NCBI GenBank assembly: GCA_964016885.1
Contig: OZ024751.1
Coordinates: 52,886,001-52,950,000, forward strand
Direction of reading: 5' to 3'
Length of the DNA stretch: 64,000 nt
Source of the DNA: Eledone cirrhosa
Taxonomy: Eukaryota
Shown here: positions 35,401-50,000 of the stretch, piece by piece
Layout of the letters: each line of letters opens with the position of its first letter
Position numbering within the stretch: the stretch's first letter is position 1
Notes under the pieces: model-generated
Databases searched by the model: none
What the model was told of the DNA's origin: nothing
Seen by the model: only the letters and a program-made list of their open reading frames with translations
Program-made: the position numbers and the translations under genes

Positions 35401-38050
35401 AACAGCAACAACTACACCAACAATTACAACAGCAACAACTACAGCAACAACTACAGCATCAACTACACCAACAATTACAACAGCAACAACTACACCGACA
35501 ATTACAACAGCAACAACTACAGCAAGAACTACACCAACAATTACAAGAGCAACAACTACATCAACAATTACAACAGCAACAACTACATCAACAACTACAC
35601 CAACAATTACAACAGCAACAATTAGATCAACAATTACAACAGCAACAACTACATCAACAACTACACCAACAATTACTACAGCAACAACTACATCAACAAC
35701 TACACCAACAATTACAACATCAACAACTACATCAACAATTACAACAGCAACAACTACACCAACAATTACAACAGCAACAACTACACCAACAATTACAACA
35801 GCAACAACTACACCAACAATTACAACAGCAACAACTACACCAACAATTACAACAGCAACAACTACACCAACAATTACAACAGCAACAACTACACCAACAA
35901 TTACAACAGCAACAACTACATCAACAATTACAACAGCAACAACTACATCAACAACTACACCAACGATTACAACAGCAACAACTACAACAATTACAACAGC
36001 AACAACTACATCAACAATTACAACAGCAACAACTACATCAACAATTACAACATCAACAACTACATCAACAATTACAACAGCAACAACTACACCAACAATT
36101 ACAACAACTACATCAACAATTACAACAGAAACAACTACATCAACAACTATACCAACAATTACAACGGCAACAATTAGATCAACAATTACAACAGCAACAA
36201 CTACATCAACAACTACACCAACAATTACAAGAGCAACAACTACATCAACAACTACACCAACAATTACAACATCAACAACTACATCAACAATTACAACAGC
36301 AACAACTACACCAACAATGACAACAGCAACAACTACACCAACAATTACAACAGCAACAACTACACCAACAATTACAACAGCAACAACTACACCAACAATT
36401 ACAACAGCAACAACTACACCAACAATTACAACAGCAACAACTACATCAACAATTACAACAGCAACAACTACATCAACAACTACACCAACAATTACAACAC
36501 CAACAACTACATCAACAACTACACCAACGATTACAACAGCAACAACTACACCAACAATTACAACAGCAACAACTACATCAACAATTACAACATGAACAAC
36601 TACATCAACAATTACAACAGCAACAACTACACCAACAATTACAACAGCAACAACTACATCAACAATTACAACAGAAACAACTACATCAACAACTACACCA
36701 ACGATTACAACAGCAACAACTACACCAACAATTACAACAGCAACAACTACATCAACAATTACAACAGCAACAACTACATCAACAATTACAACAACAGCAA
36801 CTACACCAACAATTACAACAGCAACAACTACATCAACAACTACACCAACAATTACAACAGCAACAACTACATCAACAATTACAACAGTAACAACTACACC
36901 AACAATTACAACAGCAACAACTACATCAACAATTACAACAGCAACAACTACATCAACAATTACAACAGCAACAACTACACCAACAATTACAACAGCAACA
37001 ACTACACCAACAATTACAACAGCAACAACTACATCAACAATTACAACAGCAACAACTACACCAACAATTACAACAGCAACAACTACACCAACAATTACAA
37101 CAGCAACAACTACATCAATAATTACAACAGCAACAACTACACCAACAATTACAACAGCAACAACTACACCAACAAATACTACAGCAACAACTACATCAAC
37201 AATTACAACAGCAACAACTACATCAACAATTACAACAGCAACAACTACACCAACAATTACAACATCAACAACTACATCAACAATTACATGAACAACAACT
37301 ACACCAACAATTACAACAGCAACAACTACATCAACAATTGCAACAGCAACAACTACACCAACAATTACAACAGCAACAAATACATCAACAATTACAACAG
37401 CAACAACTACACCAAAAATTACAACAGCAACAACTACATCAACAATTACAGCAGCAACAACTACACCAACAATTACAACAGCAACAACTACACCAACAAT
37501 TACAACAGCAACAAATACATCAACAATTACAACATCAACAACTACACCAACAATTACAACAGCAACAACTACACCAACAATTACAACAGCAACAACTACA
37601 CCAACAATTTCAACAGCAACAACTACATCAACAATTACAACAGCAACAACTACATCAACAATTACAACAGCAACAACTACACCAACAATTACAACAGCAA
37701 CAACTACACCAACAATTACAACAGCAACAACTACACCAACAATTACAACAGCAACAACTACATCAACAATTACAACATCAACAACTACACCAACAATTAC
37801 AACAGCAACAACTACACCAACAATTACAACAGCAACAACTACACCAACAATTTCAACAGCAACAACTACATCAACAACAACTACATCAACAATTACAACA
37901 GCAACAACTACATCAACAATTACAACAGCAACAACTACACCAACAATTATAACAGCAACAACTACATCAACAATTACAACAGCAACAACTACACCAACAA
38001 CTACACCAACAATTACAACGGCAACAACTACACCAACAATTACAACAGCA
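32450..38050. repeat. Tandem duplication of about 2.7-2.9 kb
   Basis: TAG 32845/35623 (2778), TAG 33421/36175 (2754), ATGAC 33590/36317 (2727), ATG 33733/36592 (2859), ORF-track starts 34479/37338 (2859). Confidence 0.85.
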
Positions 38051-41000
38051 ACAACTACATCAACAATTGCAACAGCATCAACTACACCAACAATTACAAC
38101 AGCAACAACTACACCAACAATTACAACAGCAACAACTACAGCAAGAACTACACCAACAATTACAAGAGCAACAACTACATCAACAATTACAACAGCAACA
38201 ACTACATCAACAACTACACCAACAATTACAACACCAACAATTACAACAGCAACAACTACATCAACAAATACACCAACGATTACAACAGCAACAACTACAA
38301 CAATTACAACAGCAACAACTACACCAACAATTACAACAGCAACAACTACACCAACAATTACAACAGCAACAACTACACCAACAATTACAACAGCAACAAC
38401 TACACCAACAATTACAACAGCAACAACTGCACCAACAATTACAACAGCAACAACTACATCAACAATTACAACAGCAACAACTACATCAACAACTACACCA
38501 ACAATTACAACACCAACAATTACAACAGCAACAACTACATCAACAACTACACCAACGATTACAACAGCAAGAACTACAACAATTACAACAGCAACAACTA
38601 CATCAACAATTACAACATCAACAACTACATCAACAATTACAACAGCAACAACTACATCAACAATTACAACATCAACAACTACATCAACAATTACAACAGC
38701 AACAACTACACCAACAATTACAACAGCAACAACTACATCAACAATTACAACAGAAACAACTACGTCAACAACTATACCAACGATTACAACAGCAACAACT
38801 ACACCAACAATTACAACAGCAACAACTACATCAACAATTACAACAGCAACAACTACATCAACAATTACAACAGCAGCAACTACACCAACAATTACAACAG
38901 CAACAACTACATCAACAACTACACCAACAATTACAACAGCAACAACTACATCAACAATTACAACAGCAACAACTACACCAACAACTACAACAGCAACAAC
39001 TACATCAACAATTACAACAGCAACAACTACATCAACAATTACAACAGCAACAACTACATCAACAATTACAACAGCAACAACTACACCAACAATTACAGCA
39101 GCAACAAATACATCAACAATTACAACATCAACAACTACACCAACAATTACAACAGCAACAACTACACCAACAATTACAACAGCAACAACTACACCAACAA
39201 TTTCAACAGCAACAACTACATCAACAATTACAACAGCAACAACTACACCAACAATTACAACAGCAACAACTACACCAACAATTACAACAGCAACAACTAC
39301 ACCAACAATTACAACATCAACAACTACACCAACAATTACAACAGCAACAACTACACCAACAATTACGACAGCAACAACTACACCAACAATTTCAACAGCA
39401 ACAACTACATCAACAACTACATCAACAACAACTACATCAACAATTACAACAGCAACAACTACATCAACAATTACAACAGCAACAACTACACCAACAATTA
39501 CAACAGCAACAACTACATCAACAATTACAACAGCAACAACTACACCAACAACTACACCAACAATTACAACAGCAACAACTACACCAACAATTACAACAGC
39601 AACAACTACACCAACAATTACAACAGCAACAACTACATCAACAATTACAACAGCAACAATTACACCAACAATTACAACAGCAACAACTACACCAACAATT
39701 ACAACAGCAACAACTACACCAACAATTACAACAGCAACAACTACACCAACAATTACAACAGCAACAACTACATCAACAATTACAACAGCAACAACTACAC
39801 CAACAATTACAACAGCAACAACTACACCAACAATTACAACAGCAACAACTACATCAACAACTACACCAACAATTACAACAGCAACAACTACACCAACCAT
39901 TACAACAGCAACAACTACACCAACAATTACAACAGCAAACACTACATCAACAACTACACCAACAATTACAACAGCAACAACTACACCAACAATTACAACA
40001 GCAACAACTACACCAACAATTACAACAGCAACAACTACACCAACAATTACAACAGCAACAACTACATCAACAATTACAACACCAACAACTACACCAACAA
40101 TTACAACACCAACAACTACACCAACAATTACAACAGCAACAACTACACCAACAATTACAACAGCAACAACTACATCAACAATTACAACAGCAACAACTAC
40201 ACCACCAACTACACCAACAATTACAACAGCAACAACTACACCAACAATTACAACAGCAACAACTACACCAACAATTACAACAGCAACAACTACATCAACA
40301 ATTACAACAGCAACAACTACACCAACAATAACAACAGCAACAACTACACCAACAATTACAACAGCAACAACTACACCAACAATTAAAACAGCAACAACTA
40401 CATCAACAATTACAACAGCAACAACTACATCAACAACTACACCAACAATTACAACAGCAACAACTACACCAACAATTACAACAGCAACAACTACACCAAC
40501 AACTACACCAACAATTACAACAGCAACAACTACACCAACAATTACAACAGCAACAACTACACCAACAATTACAACAGCAACAACTACATCAACAACTACA
40601 CCAACAATTACAACAGCAACAACTACACCAACAATTACAACAGCAACAACTACACCAACAACTACACCAACAATTACAACAGCAAACACTACATCAACAA
40701 CTACACCAACAATTACAACAGCAACAACTACACCAACAATTACAACAGCAACAACTACATCAACAACTACACCAACAATTACAACAGCAACAACTACACC
40801 AACAATTACAACAGCAACAACTACACCAACAATTACAACAGCAAACACTACATCAACAACTACACCAACAATTACAACAGCAACAACTACACCAACAATT
40901 ACAACAGCAACAACTACATCAACAACTACACCAACAATTACAACAGCAACAACTACACCAACAATTACAACAGCAACAACTACACCAGCAATTACAACAG

Positions 41001-42984
41001 CAACAACTACACCAACAACTACATCAACAATTACAACACCAACAACTACATCAACAATTACAACACCAACAACTACACCAACAATTACAACAGCAACAAC
41101 TACACCAACAACTACACCAACAATTACAACAGCAACAAATACACCAACAATTACAACAGCAACAACTACACCAACAATTACAACAGCAACAACTACATCA
41201 ACAATTACAACAGCAACAACTACACCAACAATTACAACAGCAACAACTACACCAACAATTACAGCAGCAACAACTACATCAACAACTACACCAACAATTA
41301 CAACAGCAACAATTAGACCAACAATTACAACAGCAACAACTACACCAACAATTACAACAGCAAACACTACATCAACAACTACACCAACAATTACAACACC
41401 AACAACTACACCAACAATTACAACAGCAACAACTACACCAACAATTACAACAGCAACAACTACACCAACAACTACATCAACAATTACAACACCAACAACT
41501 ACATCAACAATTACAACACCAACAACTACACCAACAATTACAACAGCAACAACTACACCAACAATTACAACAGCAACAACTACATCAACAATTACAACAC
41601 CAACAACTACACCAACAATTACAACAGCAACAACTACACCAACAATTACAACAGCAACAACTACACCAACAATTACAACAGCAACAACTACAGCAACAAC
41701 TACAGCATCAACTACACCAACAATTACAACAGCAACAACTACACCAACAATTACAACAGCAACAACTACAGCAAGAACTACACCAACAATTACAAGAGCA
41801 ACAACTACATCAACAATTACAACAGCAACAACTACATCAACAACTACACCAACAATTACAACACCAACAATTACAACAGCAACAACTACATCAACAAATA
41901 CACCAACGATTACAACAGCAACAACGACAACAATTACAACAGCAACAACTACACCAACAATTACAACAGCAACAACTACACCAACAATTACAACAGCAAC
42001 AACTACACCAACAATTACAACAGCAACAACTACACCAACAATTACAACAGCAACAACTACACCAACAATTACAACAGCAACAACTACATCAACAATTACA
42101 ACAGCAACAACTACATCAACAACTACACCAACAATTACAACACCAACAATTACAACAGCAACAACTACATCAACAACTACACCAACGATTACAACAGCAA
42201 GAACTACAACAATTACAACAGCAACAACTACATCAACAATTACAACATCAACAACTACATCAACAATTACAACAGCAACAACTACATCAACAATTACAAC
42301 ATCAACAATTACATCAACAATTACAACAGCAACAACTACACCAACAATTACAACAGCAACAACTACATCAACAATTACAACAGAAACAACTACGTCAACA
42401 ACTATACCAACGATTACAACAGCAACAACTACACCAACAATTACAACAGCAACAACTACATCAACAATTACAACAGCAACAACTACATCAACAATTACAA
42501 CAGCAGCAACTACACCAACAATTACAACAGCAACAACTACATCAACAACTACACCAACAATTACAACAGCAACAACTACATCAACAATTACAACAGCAAC
42601 AACTACACCAACAACTACAACAGCAACAACTACATCAACAATTACAACAGCAACAACTACATCAACAATTACAACAGCAACAACTACATCAACAATTACA
42701 ACAGCAACAACTACACCAACAATTACAACAGCAACAACTACACCAACAATTACAACAGCAACAACTACATCAACAATTACAACAGCAACAACTACACCAA
42801 CAATTACAACAGCAACAACTACACCAACAATTACAAGAGCAACAACTACATCAATAATTACAACAGCAACAACTACACCAACAATTACAACAGCAACAAC
42901 TACACCAACAATTACAACAGCAACAACTACATCAACAATTACAACAGCAACAACTACACCAACAATTACAACATCAACAATTAC

Positions 42985-45900
42985 ATGAACAACAACTACA
43001 CCAACAATTACAACAGCAACAACTACATCAACAATTACAACATCAACAACTACATCAACAATTACAACAGCAACAACTACACCAACAATTACAACAGCAA
43101 CAACTACATCAACAATTACAGCAGCAACAACTACACCAACAATTACAACAGCAACAACTACACCAACAATTACAACAGCAACAAATACATCAACAATTAC
43201 AACATCAACAACTACACCAACAATTACAACAGCAACAACTACACCAACAAATACAACAGCAACAACTACACCAACAATTTCAACAGCAACAACTACACCA
43301 ACAATTACAACAGCAACAACTACATCAACAATTACAACAGCAACAACTACACCAACAATTACAACAGCAACAACTACATAAACAATTACAGCAGCAACAA
43401 CTACACCAACAATTACAACAGCAACAACTACACCAACAATTACAACAGCAACAAATACATCAACAATTACAACATCAACAACTACACCAACAATTACAAC
43501 AGCAACAACTACACCAACAAATACAATAGCAACAACTACACCAACAATTTCAACAGCAACAACTACACCAACAATTACAACAGCAACAATTACACCAACA
43601 ATTACAACAGCAACAACTACACCAACAATTACAACAGCAACAACTACAGCAACAACTACAGCATCAACACACCAACAATTACAACAGCAACAACTACACC
43701 AACAATTACAACAGCAACATCTACAGCAAGAACTACACCAACAATTACAAGAGCAACAACTACATCAACAATTACAACAGCAACAACTACATCAACAACT
43801 ACACCAACAATTACAACAGCAACAATTAGATCAACAATTACAACAGCAACAACTACATCAACAACTACACCAACAATTACAACAGCAACAACTACATCAA
43901 CAACTACACCAACAATTACAACATCAACAACTACATCAACAATTACAACAGCAACAACTACACCAACAATTACAACAGCAACAACTACACCAACAATTAC
44001 AACAGCAACAACTACACCAACAATTACAACAGCAACAACTACACCAACAATTACAACATCAACAACTACACCAACAATTACAACAGCAACAACTACACCA
44101 ACAATTACAACAGCAACAACTACATCAACAATTACAACAGCAACAACTACATCAACAACTACACCAACAATTACAACACCAACAATTACAACAGCAACAA
44201 CTACATCAACAACTACACCAACGATTACAACAGCAACAACTACACCAACAATTACAACAGCAACAACTACATCAACAACTACACCAACAATTACAACAGC
44301 AACAACTACATCAACAATTACAACAGTAACAACTACACCAACAATTACAACAGCAACAACTACATCAACAATTACAACAGCAACAACTAGATCAACAATT
44401 ACAACAGCAACAACTACACCAACAATTACAACAGCAACAACTACACCAACAATTACAACAGCAACAACTACACCAACAATTACAACAGCAACAACTACAT
44501 CAACAATTACAACAGCAACAACTACATCAACAACTACACCAACAATTACAACACCAACAATTACAACAGCAACAACTACATCAACAAATACACCAACGAT
44601 TACAACAGCAACAACTACAACAATTACAACAGCAACAACTACACCAACAATTACAACAGCAACAACTACACCAACAATTACAACAGCAACAACTACACCA
44701 ACAATTACAACAGCAACAACTACACCAACAATTACAACAGCAACAACTACACCAACAATTACAACAGCAACAACTACATCAACAATTACAACAGCAACAA
44801 CTACATCAACAACTACACCAACAATTACAACACCAACAATTACAACAGCAACAACTACATCAACAACTACACCAACGATTACAACAGCAAGAACTACAAC
44901 AATTACAACAGCAACAACTACATCAACAATTACAACAGCAACAACTACATCAACAATTACAACATCAACAACTACATCAACAATTACAACAGCAACAACT
45001 ACATCAACAATTACAACATCAACAACTACATCAACAATTACAACAGCAACAACTACACCAACAATTACAACAGCAACAACTACATCAACAATTACAACAG
45101 AAACAACTACGTCAACAACTATACCAACGATTACAACAGCAACAACTACACCAACAATTACAACAGCAACAACTACATCAACAATTCCAACAGCAACAAC
45201 TACATCAACAATTACAACAGCAGCAACTACACCAACAATTACAACAGCAACAACTACATCAACAACTACACCAACAATTACAACAGCAACAACTACATCA
45301 ACAATTACAACAGCAACAACTACACCAACAACTACAACAGCAACAACTACATCAACAATTACAACAGCAACAACTACATCAACAATTACAACAGCAACAA
45401 CTACATCAACAATTACAACAGCAACAACTACACCAACAATTACAACAGCAACAACTACACCAACAATTACAGCAGCAACAAATACATCAACAATTACAAC
45501 ATCAACAACTACACCAACAATTACAACAGCAACAACTACACCAACAATTACAACAGCAACAACTACACCAACAATTTCAACAGCAACAACTACATCAACA
45601 ATTACAACAGCAACAACTACACCAACAATTACAACAGCAACAACTACACCAACAATTACAACAGCAACAACTACACCAACAATTACAACAGCAACAACTA
45701 CATCAACAATTACAACATCAACAACTACACCAACAATTACAACAGCAACAACTACACCAACAATTACGACAGCAACAACTACACCAACAATTTCAACAGC
45801 AACAACTACATCAACAACTACATCAACAACAACTACATCAACAATTACAACAGCAACAACTACATCAACAATTACAACAGCAACAACTACACCAACAATT

Positions 45901-47094
45901 ACAACAGCAACAACTACATCAACAATTACAACAGCAACAACTACACCAACAACTACACCAACAATTACAACATCAACAACTACACCAACAATTACAACAG
46001 CAACAACTACACCAACAATTACAACAGCAACAACTACATCAACAATTACAACAGCAACAACTACACCAACAATTACAACAGCAACAACTACACCAACAAT
46101 TACAACAGCAACAACTACATCAACAACTACACCAACAATTACAACAGCAACAACTACACCAACCATTACAACAGCAACAACTACACCAACAATTACAACA
46201 GCAAACACTACATCAACAACTACACCAACAATTACAACAGCAACAACTACACCAACAATTACAACAGCAACAACTACACCAACAATTACAACAGCAACAA
46301 CTACACCAACAATTACAACAGCAACAACTACATCAACAATTACAACACCAACAACTACACCAACAATTACAACACCAACAACTACACCAACAATTACAAC
46401 AGCAACAACTACACCAACAATTACAACAGCAACAACTACATCAACAATTACAACAGCAACAACTACACCACCAACTACACCAACAATTACAACAGCAACA
46501 ACTACACCAACAATTACAACAGCAACAACTACACCAACAATTACAACAGCAACAACTACATCAACAATTACAACAGCAACAACTACACCAACAATAACAA
46601 CAGCAACAACTACACCAACAATTACAACAGCAACAACTACACCAACAATTAAAACAGCAACAACTACATCAACAATTACAACAGCAACAACTACATCAAC
46701 AACTACACCAACAATTACAACAGCAACAACTACACCAACAATTACAACAGCAACAACTACACCAACAACTACACCAACAATTACAACAGCAACAACTACA
46801 CCAACAATTACAACAGCAACAACTACACCAACAATTACAACAGCAACAACTACATCAACAACTACACCAACAATTACAACAGCAACAACTACACCAACAA
46901 TTACAACAGCAACAACTACACCAACAACTACACCAACAATTACAACAGCAAACACTACATCAACAACTACACCAACAATTACAACAGCAACAACTACACC
47001 AACAATTACAACAGCAACAACTACATCAACAACTACACCAACAATTACAACAGCAACAACTACACCAACAATTACAACATCAACAATTACATGA
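42985..47094 (+). CDS. Doubtful repeat-derived ORF: 228-aa Asn/Tyr-rich head plus Thr/Pro/Ser mucin-like tail (1369 aa)
   Basis: ATG-to-TGA ORF in the track, with the register switch at the 1-bp deletion. No signal peptide, RBS, promoter or non-repeat domain is visible. Confidence 0.1.
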   Translation: MNNNYTNNYNSNNYINNYNINNYINNYNSNNYTNNYNSNNYINNYSSNNYTNNYNSNNYTNNYNSNKYINNYNINNYTNNYNSNNYTNKYNSNNYTNNFNSNNYTNNYNSNNYINNYNSNNYTNNYNSNNYINNYSSNNYTNNYNSNNYTNNYNSNKYINNYNINNYTNNYNSNNYTNKYNSNNYTNNFNSNNYTNNYNSNNYTNNYNSNNYTNNYNSNNYSNNYSINTPTITTATTTPTITTATSTARTTPTITRATTTSTITTATTTSTTTPTITTATIRSTITTATTTSTTTPTITTATTTSTTTPTITTSTTTSTITTATTTPTITTATTTPTITTATTTPTITTATTTPTITTSTTTPTITTATTTPTITTATTTSTITTATTTSTTTPTITTPTITTATTTSTTTPTITTATTTPTITTATTTSTTTPTITTATTTSTITTVTTTPTITTATTTSTITTATTRSTITTATTTPTITTATTTPTITTATTTPTITTATTTSTITTATTTSTTTPTITTPTITTATTTSTNTPTITTATTTTITTATTTPTITTATTTPTITTATTTPTITTATTTPTITTATTTPTITTATTTSTITTATTTSTTTPTITTPTITTATTTSTTTPTITTARTTTITTATTTSTITTATTTSTITTSTTTSTITTATTTSTITTSTTTSTITTATTTPTITTATTTSTITTETTTSTTIPTITTATTTPTITTATTTSTIPTATTTSTITTAATTPTITTATTTSTTTPTITTATTTSTITTATTTPTTTTATTTSTITTATTTSTITTATTTSTITTATTTPTITTATTTPTITAATNTSTITTSTTTPTITTATTTPTITTATTTPTISTATTTSTITTATTTPTITTATTTPTITTATTTPTITTATTTSTITTSTTTPTITTATTTPTITTATTTPTISTATTTSTTTSTTTTSTITTATTTSTITTATTTPTITTATTTSTITTATTTPTTTPTITTSTTTPTITTATTTPTITTATTTSTITTATTTPTITTATTTPTITTATTTSTTTPTITTATTTPTITTATTTPTITTANTTSTTTPTITTATTTPTITTATTTPTITTATTTPTITTATTTSTITTPTTTPTITTPTTTPTITTATTTPTITTATTTSTITTATTTPPTTPTITTATTTPTITTATTTPTITTATTTSTITTATTTPTITTATTTPTITTATTTPTIKTATTTSTITTATTTSTTTPTITTATTTPTITTATTTPTTTPTITTATTTPTITTATTTPTITTATTTSTTTPTITTATTTPTITTATTTPTTTPTITTANTTSTTTPTITTATTTPTITTATTTSTTTPTITTATTTPTITTSTIT

Positions 47095-50000
47095 ACAACA
47101 ACTACACCAACAATTACAACAGCAACAACTACATCAACAATTACAACATCAACAACTACATCAACAATTACAACAGCAACAACTACACCAACAATTACAA
47201 CAGCAACAACTACATCAACAATTACAGCAGCAACAACTACACCAACAATTACAACAGCAACAACTACACCAACAATTACAACAGCAACAAATACATCAAC
47301 AATTACAACATCAACAACTACACCAACAATTACAACAGCAACAACTACACCAACAAATACAACAGCAACAACTACACCAACAATTTCAACAGCAACAACT
47401 ACACCAACAATTACAACAGCAACAACTACATCAACAATTACAACAGCAACAACTACACCAACAATTACAACAGCAACAACTACATAAACAATTACAGCAG
47501 CAACAACTACACCAACAATTACAACAGCAACAACTACACCAACAATTACAACAGCAACAAATACATCAACAATTACAACATCAACAACTACACCAACAAT
47601 TACAACAGCAACAACTACACCAACAAATACAATAGCAACAACTACACCAACAATTTCAACAGCAACAACTACACCAACAATTACAACAGCAACAATTACA
47701 CCAACAATTACAACAGCAACAACTACACCAACAATTACAACAGCAACAACTACAGCAACAACTACAGCATCAACACACCAACAATTACAACAGCAACAAC
47801 TACACCAACAATTACAACAGCAACATCTACAGCAAGAACTACACCAACAATTACAAGAGCAACAACTACATCAACAATTACAACAGCAACAACTACATCA
47901 ACAACTACACCAACAATTACAACAGCAACAATTAGATCAACAATTACAACAGCAACAACTACATCAACAACTACACCAACAATTACAACAGCAACAACTA
48001 CATCAACAACTACACCAACAATTACAACATCAACAACTACATCAACAATTACAACAGCAACAACTACACCAACAATTACAACAGCAACAACTACACCAAC
48101 AATTACAACAGCAACAACTACACCAACAATTACAACAGCAACAACTACACCAACAATTACAACATCAACAACTACACCAACAATTACAACAGCAACAACT
48201 ACACCAACAATTACAACAGCAACAACTACATCAACAATTACAACAGCAACAACTACATCAACAACTACACCAACAATTACAACACCAACAATTACAACAG
48301 CAACAACTACATCAACAACTACACCAACGATTACAACAGCAACAACTACACCAACAATTACAACAGCAACAACTACATCAACAATTACAACATCAACAAC
48401 TACATCAACAATTATAACAGCAACAACTACACCAACAATTACAACAGCAACAACTACATCAACAATTACAACAGCAGCAACTACACCAACAATTACAACA
48501 GCAACAACTACATCAACAACTACACCAACAATTACAACAGCAACAACTACATCAACAATTACAACAGTAACAACTACACCAACAATTACAACAGCAACAA
48601 CTACATCAACAATTACAACAGCAACAACTAGATCAACAATTACAACAGCAACAACTACACCAACAATTACAACAGCAACAACTACACCAACAATTACAAC
48701 AGCAACAACTACACCAACAATTACAACAGCAACAACTACATCAACAATTACAACAGCAACAACTACATCAACAACTACACCAACAATTACAACACCAACA
48801 ATTACAACAGCAACAACTACATCAACAAATACACCAACGATTACAACAGCAACAACTACAACAATTACAACAGCAACAACTACACCAACAATTACAACAG
48901 CAACAACTACACCAACAATTACAACAGCAACAACTACACCAACAATTACAACAGCAACAACTACACCAACAATTACAACAGCAACAACTACACCAACAAT
49001 TACAACAGCAACAACTACATCAACAATTACAACAGCAACAACTACATCAACAACTACACCAACAATTACAACACCAACAATTACAACAGCAACAACTACA
49101 TCAACAACTACACCAACGATTACAACAGCAAGAACTACAACAATTACAACAGCAACAACTACATCAACAATTACAACAGCAACAACTACATCAACAATTA
49201 CAACATCAACAACTACATCAACAATTACAACAGCAACAACTACATCAACAATTACAACATCAACAACTACATCAACAATTACAACAGCAACAACTACACC
49301 AACAATTACAACAGCAACAACTACATCAACAATTACAACAGAAACAACTACGTCAACAACTATACCAACGATTACAACAGCAACAACTACACCAACAATT
49401 ACAACAGCAACAACTACATCAACAATTCCAACAGCAACAACTACATCAACAATTACAACAGCAGCAACTACACCAACAATTACAACAGCAACAACTACAT
49501 CAACAACTACACCAACAATTACAACAGCAACAACTACATCAACAATTACAACAGCAACAACTACACCAACAACTACAACAGCAACAACTACATCAACAAT
49601 TACAACAGCAACAACTACATCAACAATTACAACAGCAACAACTACATCAACAATTACAACAGCAACAACTACACCAACAATTACAACAGCAACAACTACA
49701 CCAACAATTACAGCAGCAACAAATACATCAACAATTACAACATCAACAACTACACCAACAATTACAACAGCAACAACTACACCAACAATTACAACAGCAA
49801 CAACTACACCAACAATTTCAACAGCAACAACTACATCAACAATTACAACAGCAACAACTACACCAACAATTACAACAGCAACAACTACACCAACAATTAC
49901 AACAGCAACAACTACACCAACAATTACAACAGCAACAACTACATCAACAATTACAACATCAACAACTACACCAACAATTACAACAGCAACAACTACACCA

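Noticed and set aside
5205-40331. Poly-Gln/Leu/His ORFs (5205, 12393, 23160, 34479, 37338, 38067)
   Set aside because: They are the third reading frame of the same repeat, start at TTG variants, and end at frequent CAA>TAA changes.
43660-43675. 1-bp deletion as random sequencing error or programmed frameshift site
   Set aside because: It recurs at the same site in four copies linked to the same neighbouring variants, so it is not random error. It is a fixed DNA change with no slippery heptamer or downstream structure.
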